Shown one piece after another: positions 1 through 12,256 of a stretch of DNA of 64,000 nt (its first letter is position 1; each line of letters begins with the position of its first letter). Position numbers and translations under genes: made by a program. The stretch is from the human T2T-CHM13v2.0 reference genome, Homo sapiens. The notes under the pieces are model-generated. The model did not search any database. It was not told where the DNA came from and saw nothing but the letters and a program-made list of their open reading frames with translations. Location: assembly GCF_009914755.1 (NCBI RefSeq), contig NC_060939.1, one strand, 5' to 3'.

Positions 1-2760
1 TAGGTTTACAGAACAATTGCAAATATAGTAAAAGAGACTTTTCTTATGCTCAATGAAGTTTCCTTTTATTATTAAACTCTTAGATTTGTGCAGGACAGTA
101 TTCACAATTAAACTAAAAATACAGTATATAATCTTTAACTACAATTTACAATTTATTCAGATGTTCTCAATTTTCACTTAATATCCAGTTTCTGTTCCAG
201 GATTCTATCCAGGGTACCATATCACATTTAGTATCTGTCTCCTTAGATACAGAGATGGTGACAGTTTCTCACCATTTCCTTGTTTGTGATGACATTGACA
301 TTCCTACTTTGGAATTTCTCTGATGTTTCTCTGATCAATGCCCTGAATTTGTGAATCATCTCTGATGATTGCAGAATCACAGAGGTAGTGCCCTTCTCCC
401 ACATTATATCAAAGGCAACATGCTATCTACATGCTATATCGTGGTTTATGTTAATTTAATCACCTGGATGAGTAGTTTTTTATCAAATTTCTCTAAAAAC
501 ACCTTTTTTTCCCTTTCCATACTTAATGTTTAAAAAAGTGACTATATGCAACACACACTTAAGAAGTGGGGGATCATGCTCCACTCCTTATGAGCAGTGT
601 GTCTACAAAAGTTATTTAGAACCCTCACCATAAGCATGTGTCTATTCTTCTTTGCTTATTAAATATTCAATAATTTATTCATATTAATATGAAAACCTGG
701 ATTTTTTTTAATTTTACCTATGCTAATGCATTTGTTTTATTGCTCTCATTGTTCAATGATGGCCATTGGAATGTCTTTCAGTTAGATTCTCTCATTTTGA
801 AATACCCTCATGATTAGCGTTTAATTTACTGTTGGTTACTTGGATATTTGTGTTGTGGTTTGACATTTTCTTTAGTTCTGGCACTACTAGATGCTCCAGG
901 CTCATTGTGTTTTATTCCCCACCCAAGCCTAGTATTCACTTTTTTTCATGAAACTCTAGTTTCTTTGAGTGGAAAATGAAATCACAAACTAAGATCTCGA
1001 CACCGGGTATACTCATTGCTCCTGACATTCTTCTCTTTCTTCTTGCAGTTTTATCAATTTCTGCCTCCTATAGTTTACACTGTGTTATTAGGTGCATATG
1101 CTATAAACATTGTTATATCTTGTTGATTTAAGGCCCTGTCAGCTGACAAAGGAAAGAAATATATCTGTGTTTACTCATAAATATACACGTTTGCATAAAT
1201 ATTTCAGCACATCTATACATATCTATATGAAATTAAACATATGTTTATATTGCTTCCAGCACCACATGATCTAATTCATTACCTTATCAATCAATCTACC
1301 TATTCATTTATTTGTATGTAGTCTGAAACTCTAACAGTGACCAAGTTGATTCTGTTAACTTAATCATACCATCTTTTTGTTCCCAAAGAACCTTAGTTGA
1401 ATTTTTGGTGAACGATATTAGAAACAAAGTTTGGGGCAGTGGGTATACTCCTTACTGCTAGGAATGGATTGATTCTATGATATGTCATCTGAGAGAACAA
1501 AGAAATGTATATGTGTATATAGTAACTCTCTCTCACATACACATATATGTGTGTGTGTGTATAATATATATGTATATATGATATTATTTCTAATACCATT
1601 CACCAAAAATACCACTAAGATTCCAAAAAGATGGTATGATTAAGTTAACAGAACCAATTTGGTCACCATTAGAGTTTTAGGCTACACACAAGTGAATGAA
1701 TAGATAGGTTGATTCATAGGGTACTGAATATATACATGTATTTCTACATTTGTCCATATATATCTGGCTAGAATTAAGCATGAATTTCTACAAATGTCTT
1801 CAGCACTACTTGAATATAATCTAGTAAACATTAATCTTTCCACCAATTCCCACTACTTGCTATGTAACCTCTCACTCTAACAGTGAGACAGTTGGCCAAC
1901 TTTATGTAATCAGTGAGTCCCAAAATACATGCAATGTGGTTTCAGAATTGGTAATTCACACCCTCATGGGAAAGAACATTACCAACTAGAGTACTTATGT
2001 ACAAATCCTTTGACCTTTAGACAGGAAAGCTTATATTCTAGGTTTCTTGGGTTAGTCCCATTTGCCCCCATGCTCTTTATAAGGCATCTTGATAAATTTA
2101 TTACACAATTATATTATTTTGTCTGCATTGTTCCCTGGGATCCTCCAAGTTATTAAATAATGCTTATTGTTTTTGTAAAGTTTCACTCTTTCTGATGTAA
2201 AGTTCTTCGGGATATGAAGAATAGTATCATTACCACACTATTATAGCATCATAGAAAATAATTTTAATGCTTAAAAATAAAATCTGTATTTCACCTCTTT
2301 GACCTTCCTCCCTCAAGACCGTACTACTATTTTTTAAATATCTCTATAACTTCATCTTTTCAATAATATCATATTAATGGAATTACACAGTATATACTCT
2401 TTTTCTAACTGGCTTCTATTTCTTAAGAATATGCTTAAGATTTCAGAAGTATATCTCTTAATGGTTTAGATTTGCATTTGACTAAGGACCAAAGGTGTTG
2501 AAAATAGTTTTATGTTCTTATTACACATTTGTATAGTTTCTTTGGGAAATGTTTATTTACACAACTTTTAATTAGGATATTTCCCTTTTTATTTTTAAAC
2601 TGTAAGTGTTCTATGTCTTCAAACAATAGTCTCCTGTCGCTCATATTATTTGCACACATTTCTCCCATTCTTTGGGTTGTCTGGATTCCATACTTTGAAT
2701 CAGTAAAGTTTTAATTCTGATAAAATGAAATTTACCTATTTTTTCTTCTGTCACTTTTAT
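1..2760. repeat. Ancient duplicated unit, copy 0 (distal part; decayed L1M-like sequence)
   Basis: 1..1020 resembles 14030..14990 and 53550..54300 (e.g. tttacagaacaattgcaaa vs tttacagaacagttgcaaa; cacatttag...tgtctcc.ttag). 2330..2760 resembles 54330..55090. Confidence 0.65.
1274..1729. repeat. Inverted repeat, ~105-bp arms (1274..1379 / 1624..1729)
   Basis: ttctgttaacttaatcataccatctttttg (1350..1379) is the exact reverse complement of 1624..1653. Pairing extends outward with ~14 mismatches. Confidence 0.9.
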
Positions 2761-2764
2761 ATTC

Positions 2765-3362
2765 GTATTAGGCCATTCTTGCATTGCTATAAAGAAATAA
2801 CAGAGACTGGGTAATTTATGGAAATAAAAAGGGTTAAATTGGCTCACGGAACTGCAGACTGTACGGTAAAAATGGTGCTGACATCTGCTCAGCTCGTAGG
2901 GAGGCCTCAGGAAGCTTCCAGTCACAGTGGAAGGTGAAGAGGGAGCAGGCTTGTCACATGGTGAAAGTAGGAGCAAGAGAGAGAGAGCCGGGAGCCACAC
3001 TCTTTTAACAGCCAAATATCTCAGGAAATCACTCACTGTGGTGAGGACAGCATCAAGGGGATGGTGCTAAAGCTTTTTTTTTTTTTTTGAGATGGAGTCT
3101 TGTTCTGTTGCCCAGGCTGGAGTGCAGTGGCGTGATCTTGGCTCACTGCAGCCTCTGCAGTGCTGCTGCCTCAGCCTCCCGAGTAGGTGGGACTACAGGT
3201 GCACTCCACCACGCCTGGCTAATTTTTGTATTTTTAGTAGAGACGGGGTTTCACCACGTTGGCCAGGGTGGTCTTGATCTCCTGACCTCGTGATCCATCT
3301 GCCTCGGCCTCCCAAAGTGCTGGGATTACAGGCGTGAGGCACTGTGCCTGGCCCACTCATGT
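2765..3362 (-). mobile_element. Truncated MST-like (ERVL-MaLR) LTR interrupted by an Alu
   Basis: gtattaggccattcttgcattgctataaagaaata...gagactgggtaatttat...ggaggcctcaggaagcttcc...ggtgctaaa, resuming ccactcatg after the Alu. Confidence 0.8.
3074..3353 (-). mobile_element. Alu (S/Y-like, small internal deletion)
   Basis: polyT-gagatggagtcttg...cctcccaaagtgctgggattacaggcgtgag...ctggcc. Confidence 0.95.
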
Positions 3363-3364
3363 TT

Positions 3365-6300
3365 TATTTTTTAATTTGCTCCTTTCCCAATAGCTATAGA
3401 CACTGGCTGGAGTCCATGATTCCTTCCACATCACTTTCATAATTGTGTACATGATATTTCTTTGTACTCATCACCCACAGTGTAGACATGCTTTGTCTTC
3501 TTACTCTTTAATGAGTGCTTACTAAAATTTTTTTCAGTTCTCAATGATGTAAAATAGTGCTGCCTTAAAAATGTGTACATACCTGTGCTGTAGTCAGCAG
3601 ACATTTTTATATTGGCTTGTAAAAGGGGAATTGCAATATTTTATTTTTTTCAGCTAGCATAATACTTTTAAAATATTTTTACACTCCTGACTTTTTAGAT
3701 TTTCATTTTGTTGACTTAGTCTATAATTTATCCTTCTCCCTATTATTTAACTGATCCACTGATGTCCATTGTTCTAGGCTGAAACTCTGACACTCCTCTG
3801 ACTTGCTTTATATGTGAATAGATGGCTGAGTGTCCCAGCTAGTGAAGATAGGACTCCTCAAACTGGGTTGAACAGGGGTTGTCTCACCTTAAACCACCAA
3901 CAGACATGAAGTAAGAAGAGATCAGAAAAAATCAGAACTCCAACAAACAGACTATGATTTAACTAGGGCTTACAATTTGGGGGGTCTTAATGACAGCATG
4001 ATTAACTTCAGAGGAACACATTCTCCTGTGAAGGAAGCATCCCTGGGTGATTCTCTGAGATTCAGTAGAATATGATTCCTGTGCAAGTAATGCAATTTTC
4101 TCATTCTGGAAATGGGGATATCTGGAAAGATATTCGAGGTTTATGAAACATGAGCAACCAACAGAGCAGGACATTGATACTTCACAGTAATACTTTTACT
4201 GCACATTAATAGATGGGCATTTGTTTTCCCAAGTGTGTCAGCAGTCTATCTGTGGGCTTCCATACTGTACACAGAAAATTTTAAGGGCAAATATTGAAAA
4301 AAATAATTATATTAGAGCCTGGCACCATTTAATTTTATTTCACTGCATATAAAGAGCAGGCCTACACTCTGCAAAATCTATAGACTGTAACATTTATGTA
4401 GTGAGGAGCAAAGACAAGATTGTTCCCAAATTTAAAAGAAACAAGGTTTTCTAGGCAACAAATAGAAGAGATAAGCCTTACCAGTTTCCTCTTGTTGGAA
4501 CTAATTGTGTTCTACTCCTATAGAAGCTCTACTTCCGTTATTTCACAATGTAGTGAGTTTATTCGCCATACTCAAGACGACATAGCAAAGACAAGTTCGT
4601 GTCACATGGGGTGGTTCAGTCTACTCACACACTTCATTCATCTAATTTCTAAGGAATGTTCACTTATCCTTGGGCTGGTTGCAAGATTGCTGTATCATAT
4701 AAAGGCCTCTGTCTTTTTGAAGTCTGGTATGAAATGAAAGTGTTGAAAACCAAGTATATCCAAATGGCTTCCTTCTGTGTCTTTGCCTTTTTCTTCTAAT
4801 CTATTCCCATATTTCTATGATCCATCTCTCAGTAATGATGGCAGATGGAAGATGGCAAAAATGCTTCTCCCATTTGTTCACTGGATATGGAGAACGGCTT
4901 GATTACATCAGAAATCTTCTCCAGACTCTCAGATCCAGCTTCTCCTATCATTGTGTCTTCCAAATCCATGCCACACCACAGCCTGGAAACTCCCTTGAAG
5001 TAGTAACTTGAGGCAATAGAAGAGCTCATGTCATTGTTTGACAGTTCTCAGGTGTCTCTATATTTTTTTTGTTGTTGTTTTCACATGTGGGTGAGGGATA
5101 TCTAATCCCTACCAGTTCCTCCACAACATCTTGATTCATTCTGCCTGCACCTATTCAGTCATTTCTCTTCCCCCTTTCTGTATACTTCTAGTTAACCGTA
5201 TTATGGTGAATAAGGAGTATTGTGGGTAAAACTCACAGAAAAAGACAGATAAGGGAACTGTCATGTGTTATACTAAAGAGAAGGTCGGAATTGACCAATG
5301 CACAATGTCTGTAGGAGTCTCATTGTGGGGACATACAGTATATGTCTCAACTGATATGCTCCTTACTACATAATGTATTTAAATTGATGAATATCCTAAT
5401 TACACTGATTTGATTATGCAAATATACCAAATATTCACATGTATCCCATAAATATGTACCTTCAATATGGAAAGGGTATGGAATCCTTTCCATAACCTTT
5501 ATGTACCTCTGATATGGAAAGGATAATATCTCTGTCAGTTATACTACTATGCACAAAATAGACTTATTTTACACTTGTTGAAAAAACCCTTTTAGAATTA
5601 TAAAGGAACAAGTTTATTCACACACAGATGAAAACAATATTGTAATTAGATCATAAATGACTTCACAGTATCCTGAAATTCTGATTCTTATTGTTCTAGG
5701 TCAGATTTTTCACAGAGCCATAGATATCTTATCATCCTCTGTGGCTTGAAGACTAATGGCAATAAAACATTTCTCAATAAAGGAGGCTATACCATTGTCT
5801 GTGTGATTTCCACTTTCCCTGTTGACACTTATTCTGCCAGTTTTGATGTAGGTCATCTTGCCAGAAGATGAAAGCAGATTTCAGGTGAAGTTCATACATG
5901 TGTAGACATTAAAAACTGTCAAGGCTACTACCAGGCTAACAGCAATTGTAAAACTTGAAAACAAAACATGATTAAAATAGGTAAAATGCAATAAATAATA
6001 AAGATTTGAAAATATTTATTCAGAGAGACAAATTGATAGAACTGAAACTTGGAACACAAAAATACTTTATTTTGTCAAAGAGGGTAATGCTGTCTGTAGG
6101 GATAGTACAAGTGCAGATGTAGAAGTAGCCTGGCCCATGAGAGGGCTAAGAGGCTGGAGAAGAGGCTGAGGGGAAGACAGGGCTCACATCCTACCCTGAC
6201 AACAGAAAGGAAGAAAAGAAACATGTTCACCTTCGAGTTAAAACCCTCTTCAGATTGAAAGAAATAGAGAGTTTATTGGGAAGTGGGCAAGTATATAGTT

Positions 6301-6615
6301 GAGGAGTTTGTGAGATTTATTAATTCATCAGTGTAATTCAATATAAAGGTGAATCTTCTGTGTTGCTATTTGTCCACTACAGGGGGACAACACACACAAC
6401 CTTTTCATATTCTCTGATATTTCAGTCTGGTGAGGGTTCAGAAAACGTAACTGAAAGCTAAACCATAGGTGGAAGAGCTTCCCTTGGGAGCTGAGAGGAC
6501 AGGCATCAGACTTGTGATGGAAGGGACAAGGAAGGCCTCCAGGAAAAGGAACAATGGAGGAGATTCTGAAGAATGAATCAAGCAAACAGGGGAGAGAAAA
6601 AGAAGAGGGAAAAGT
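3365..6615. repeat. Ancient duplicated unit, copy 1
   Basis: Colinear landmarks shared with copies 2/3: gctatagacactggctggagtccatgattc, atatgtgaatagatggctgagtgtcc, cctggcaccatt, cttgggctggttgcaaga, ccattgtctgtgtgatttcc, gaggagtttgtgagatt. Truncated at an L1. Confidence 0.85.
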
Positions 6616-7390
6616 GCATATGAAAAAAATGCTCAACATCACTAATTGTTAGAGAAGTGCAAATGAGAACCACGATGAAATACTATCTCACACAAGTCAG
6701 AATGGCTATTATTCAAGTCAAAAATTGCAGATGCTGGTGAGGCTATGGAGGATAAGAAACACTTATACACTGCTGCTGGGAATATAAGTTATTTTAACCA
6801 CTGTGAAAAACAGTTCGCAGATTTCACAAAGAACTTAGAACTACCATTTGACCCAACAATCCCATTACTGGCTGTATACCCACAGGAATATAAATAGTTC
6901 TACCATAAAGACACATGCATGCTTATATTCATTGCAGCACTATTTACAATAGCAGTGACATGGAATCAACCTAGGTGCCCATCTATGTTGGACCTGTTAA
7001 AGAAAATGTGGTACGTATACACCATGGAATACTATGCAGCCATAAAGTGAAGGAGATCATATCCTTTGCAGCAACATGGATGCACCTTGAGGTCATTATC
7101 CTAAGCAAACTAATGCAGAAACAGAAAACCAAATACCACATGTTGTCACTTATAATTGGGAGCTAAACATGGACTACACATTGACACAAAGAGGGAATAA
7201 CTAAGACATTGGAGCTTAGTTGAGGTTGGAGGATGGGAAGAGGGTGAGAATCAAAAAAACTATCAAGTACTATGCTGACTACCTGGGTGATGAAATCATT
7301 TGCTCAACAAACCCAATGACAAGCAATTATTCATGTAACCAACCTGCATATATACCCCGAACCAAAAGACAAATATTAGAAAAAAAAACC
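6616..7390 (+). mobile_element. Old primate L1 3' end (L1PA15/16-like)
   Basis: gcatatgaaaaaaatgctcaacatcact...ccatggaatactatgcagccataaa...cctgggtgatgaaatcatt, ending in an A-rich tail. Confidence 0.9.
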
Positions 7391-9573
7391 AAAATCAATC
7401 AATTAAAATTATGAGAAAGGCTACAGAAAAACTAAAACTCACATCCTGAATTCAGAGACCAGCCATTTTATTATATGCAAGTATGAACTTTACCATATTT
7501 GATTTATTTCTTCCTGAAGAGCTATAGACATTGGCTGAAGTCCATGATTCTATATACCTTATTTTAAAAAAAATCTATATGACATTTACTTGTACAGTTA
7601 ACATATAATACACATATGTATTATTTTCCTACTTTTTTATTAGTGATTAATAAAATTGTTTTTGGCTTTCACTGAAATAATAAATGCCACTCAGGAAATG
7701 TGTACTTCCATTTCCAGAGAGCCAATATTTTTGTCATGTGGTCTTGTAGAAAGGGAATTGCAATCTTATTTTTTTCTTATAAACTAGCATAATATTTTAA
7801 AATTTGTGACTTTTTATGCTTTTTTGTCTTTTTATTTACCTTTACTAAGTCAATAATTTACCCACCTGCCTATTATTTTAGCCAATCTGTTGATGTTCAT
7901 TGTCTTAGGCTGGACCTTTGACACTTGTCTGACACAGTCTATATGTGAATAGATGGCTGAGTGTCCTGGCTAGTGAAGATGGCATTCCTCGCCCTAAGTT
8001 GAACAGTGTTTTCCTCACCTGAAACCACGAAGACACAACAGCAAGAAGAGGGTATACATAATTCAGGACTCCACAGCAGATGAGAATTTGCCCACAGTGT
8101 GGAGGGCCCTAATGCCAACAGGACAGTGTTGAGAAGCACATATTTTCTTTTGAATGAAGCATTTCTACAGAGGGGGGTCTCTGAGACTCAAGAGCATATA
8201 TATGCTATACAAATAATAAAATCTTCAATCAAATAGCCTAAAAATTCTACTCAAGTGGCTGCATTTGTTCATGATTTATGAGATGTTAGAAACCAATAGA
8301 GCAAGACAACTGATAGTTTATGGATGTTTTTACTCCAAATTAACAGAGTAGCTTTTGTTTTGCCAGCTACAGCTGTAATGAGGAGTTCTGTGATTTAACA
8401 CTGTATCAAGATAATTTCAAGGCCAGATCTTGGTCAAGAACACATGTTTTGCCTATACATTGTGATTGCATTAGAACCAGGCACCATTAACCAAAATTTT
8501 ACCGAATATGAAGAGCAATATACTCCATGCAAATAAAACAGCCTGTGGAATGTACATAGTGAAGGACAGAAGCAAGATGATTCTTGAATTAAAGCAAACT
8601 GGATGTTTACCAGGGAAGCAAACAGAGTAGATATACATTAACATTATCTTCTTCTTTTGATAATGATTGTGTTCTTCTCGTATAAATAAAAAGCTCTACT
8701 TGCATTATTTCATATTATATTCAGTTTATTGGCCACATATAACAAAATAACATAGAAAACCCAGGAGAGGGTCATATGAGGTGGTTCAGTCTATATATAC
8801 ATGTCATTTCTGACAACTCTAATGAATGACCACTCATCCTTGGGCTTGTTGCAAGACAGCCATGCTATGTAAAAGCATCTGTCTTTTTGCAGACAGGAAT
8901 AAGATGAAGGATTCAAGGTCAAGTTTACTCAAATAGGTTCTCCTGGGGTCTTTGCCTTTTGTTTCTGGAGTATTTCCGAAGTTCTGTAAACTATGTGTTG
9001 GTGGAGTAATTGCAACCCCACCTGTATGAGAGCTGGCATGATTACTCTCTCTCAATTTTACCACTGAATGTGGAGAATGGCTTGATATACTCTTGGCTGT
9101 ATGCTTCCAGATGACAGTATTAAGGTGAATATGAAACATTATGAATGGAACCCACAGAGAAAGATAAATCAATAAACTCACATTTGTAACCCTAAAGGTA
9201 AAGTTAGAATCAATCTATGCACAGTGCCTGTAGGAGTCTTGATGGAGGACGTCTCTACATATCATTGAATCAAAAATTTAGATGTATCTAAAGGAAAAGA
9301 AGATATCACTGTCAATTAGACTATTACACATAATAGCTTCATTTTATACTTACTGAAAAACCCTCCTAGAATTATAAAGGCATGATTTTTATTCACATAA
9401 AGATGAAAGCAACATTGAAAATATCCCTAAATGAATTCACAAATATCTTGACATTCTGATTCTAGTTGTTAATTAGATTTTGACACAGAGATATGAATAT
9501 CTTAAGACATTACCTTCTGAGGCGAGAAGACTCATGGCAATAAAACATTTCTTCATTAAAAAGGCTGCGACCA

Positions 9574-10039
9574 TGCATGTTCATTGCAGCACTATTTACA
9601 ATAGCGAAGACAAGGAATCAATCTAAATGCCCATCAATAATAGACTGGATGAAGAAAATGTGGTACATATACACCATAGAATACTATACAGTCATAACAA
9701 ACAATGAGATCATGTCTTTTTCGGGAACATGGATGGAGCTGGAGGCCATTATCCTTCGCAAAATAATGCAGGAACAGAAAAACAAATACCGCATGTTCTC
9801 ACTTATGAGTAGGAGCTAAGTGATGAGAACACATGGACATATAGAGGAGAACAACACACACTGAGGCCTATGGGAGGGTGGAAGGTAGGAGGAGGGAGAG
9901 GATCAGAAAAAATATCTAATAGGTACTAGGCTGAATACCTGGGTGATGAAATAATCTGTACAAAAAATATTCACGACCACAAGTTTACCTATGTAACTAT
10001 CCTGCACTTGTACCCCTGAACTTAAAATAAAAGTTTTTT
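9574..10039 (+). mobile_element. 5'-truncated L1 3' end (L1PA11-13-like) with TSD
   Basis: tgttcattgcagcactatttacaatagc...gtacccctgaacttaaaataaaag. TSD aaaaggctgc at 9559..9568 and 10040..10049. Confidence 0.9.
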
Positions 10040-11241
10040 AAAAGGCTGCATTATTGTCTGTGTGATTTCCGCCTTTCCTGTTGACACACATTCTGCATGT
10101 TTTTATACTGGTAATCTTATGTAACATAAAGTGACAACAGAAGATTTCAGGACTAGTTCATCTGTGTGCAATGTAAACTATGTTTTGGTTGCCACCAGAC
10201 TAACAGTAATTGTGATTAAAAATTTAAAGATTACATACAAAGTTCGTAAAATTTGAGTATGTAACTAAAGTGTATTTGGAAATGTTTATCAATTGAGCCA
10301 TGTTAATATACCTGACTCTCAAAGAACAAGACCTTTCTTAGTCAAGGGGACAAAACTGTTCAAAAGAAAAAAAGAGGTTCAGATGAGGTAGAAGCAGCTG
10401 GGCCCATGAGAGGGTCTCTACAGTGGATCAAGGATGGGCAGGCTGAAGAAGAGGTGGGCGGGGGGAGGTCAGGATTCATATCCTTTCCTGAGAACAGAAG
10501 GGAGTAAAAGAAACAGGCTCATCTTCAAGTTCAAAATTTTTTCAGATAGGAAGAGACTTGGAATTTATTGGAAAGTAGACAAGAATATGGGTGAGGAGTT
10601 TGAGAGATTCATGAATGCATTTGCAAAATTTCAAATAAAGGTAAATATTCTCTGTTGATCTTTGTTCACCACACATTTTGGGCTCACAGGGAGCAACACA
10701 GACAAAGTTTCAATTTTCTTTGATATTCTGGTCTGGTGGGGATTCAGGAAACTTAACAGAAATCTAAACTACAGGTGGAAGAACTGCCCTTGGGAATGAA
10801 AAGGACAGGTTTCAGGCCTGGCATGGGATGGACAAGGGAGACCTCTAGAAGGAGAAGCATTGGAGGAAATTCTGGAGAGTGAGGAGCAGTGAGTCCAGCA
10901 GACAGGGGAGGGAAAGGGAAGAGGAAAAGGTGTATCAATGCACAGGCCAGGGCATGAGAAGAGGGCGGTGGACTGGAAGGACTGCTGGGATCAGTCATAT
11001 GTGAGAAGGTCTGAGCAGAAAGGGCAGACCATGGAGGGACTGGGTGATAATGCAGGGGAGATATTTTCAAGGAACACACATGTTGTTCACACATCTGTGT
11101 CTGTGTGTCTTCTTATGTTTTCTTTCATACTCATACAAACGTCATGATTTTTGTGTTTCTCAGAGTGTGACATGTATTTTGATTTTATTCTTTCTACCCT
11201 TTTGCATTTTGCATATAGTAATAGTTATTTTTCTAAATTTC

Positions 11242-11408
11242 TTTATTTTTTATTTTTTTATTTGAGATAGGGTCTCATTCTTGTTGCCCAGGTTAGAGTA
11301 CAGTGGCAAAATCATGGCTCACTGAAGCCTTGACTTTCCAAGCTCAGGTGGCTCTCCCACCTCAGGTTCCCAAGTAGCTGTGACTACAAGTGTGTGCCAC
11401 ACCCAACT

Positions 11409-11441
<33 letters not shown>

Positions 11442-11559
11442 TAGAGACAGGGTTTCACCATGTTGCTCAGGCTGGTCTCGAACTCGTAGGCTCAAGCCAT
11501 CCACCTGCCTTGGACTTCCAAAGCGTTAGGATTATAGGCATGAGCCATGGCACAGAGCC
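11242..11559 (-). mobile_element. AluJ
   Basis: gagatagggtctc...atcatggctcactg...ggctcaagccatccacc. Diverged, with an expanded central T tract. Confidence 0.9.
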
Positions 11560-11926
11560 TACTTGCCTACATTTTTTACTGGTGAATTATTCATAGTTGA
11601 AGTATTTGCTGGCTTATTAAGCAAATGAAATTACCCCCTTTGTATGTCTTTGGTTAATCATTTCTTAAGATTAGTATCCCCTCATTTTAGGAGAGAGTCA
11701 CCACTTCATGTCCTTAAGCAGGGATTTTATTTGGGGTTCTGTTTTTCCTGTTAATTTTGGAAACTTCTATGTTTTGGAAACTAAGCCACATATTCATTTG
11801 AAAAATTCAGTCCCATTACCTTTTACTTTGTTCTTTACCTGTAAAATATCATATCTTTTGTTCTGCTTACCTTGTATTTAATTTGTACTTTTTTCAGGTT
11901 TGTAAGTAAGATGTTTAGATAATTGA

Positions 11927-12256
<330 letters not shown>

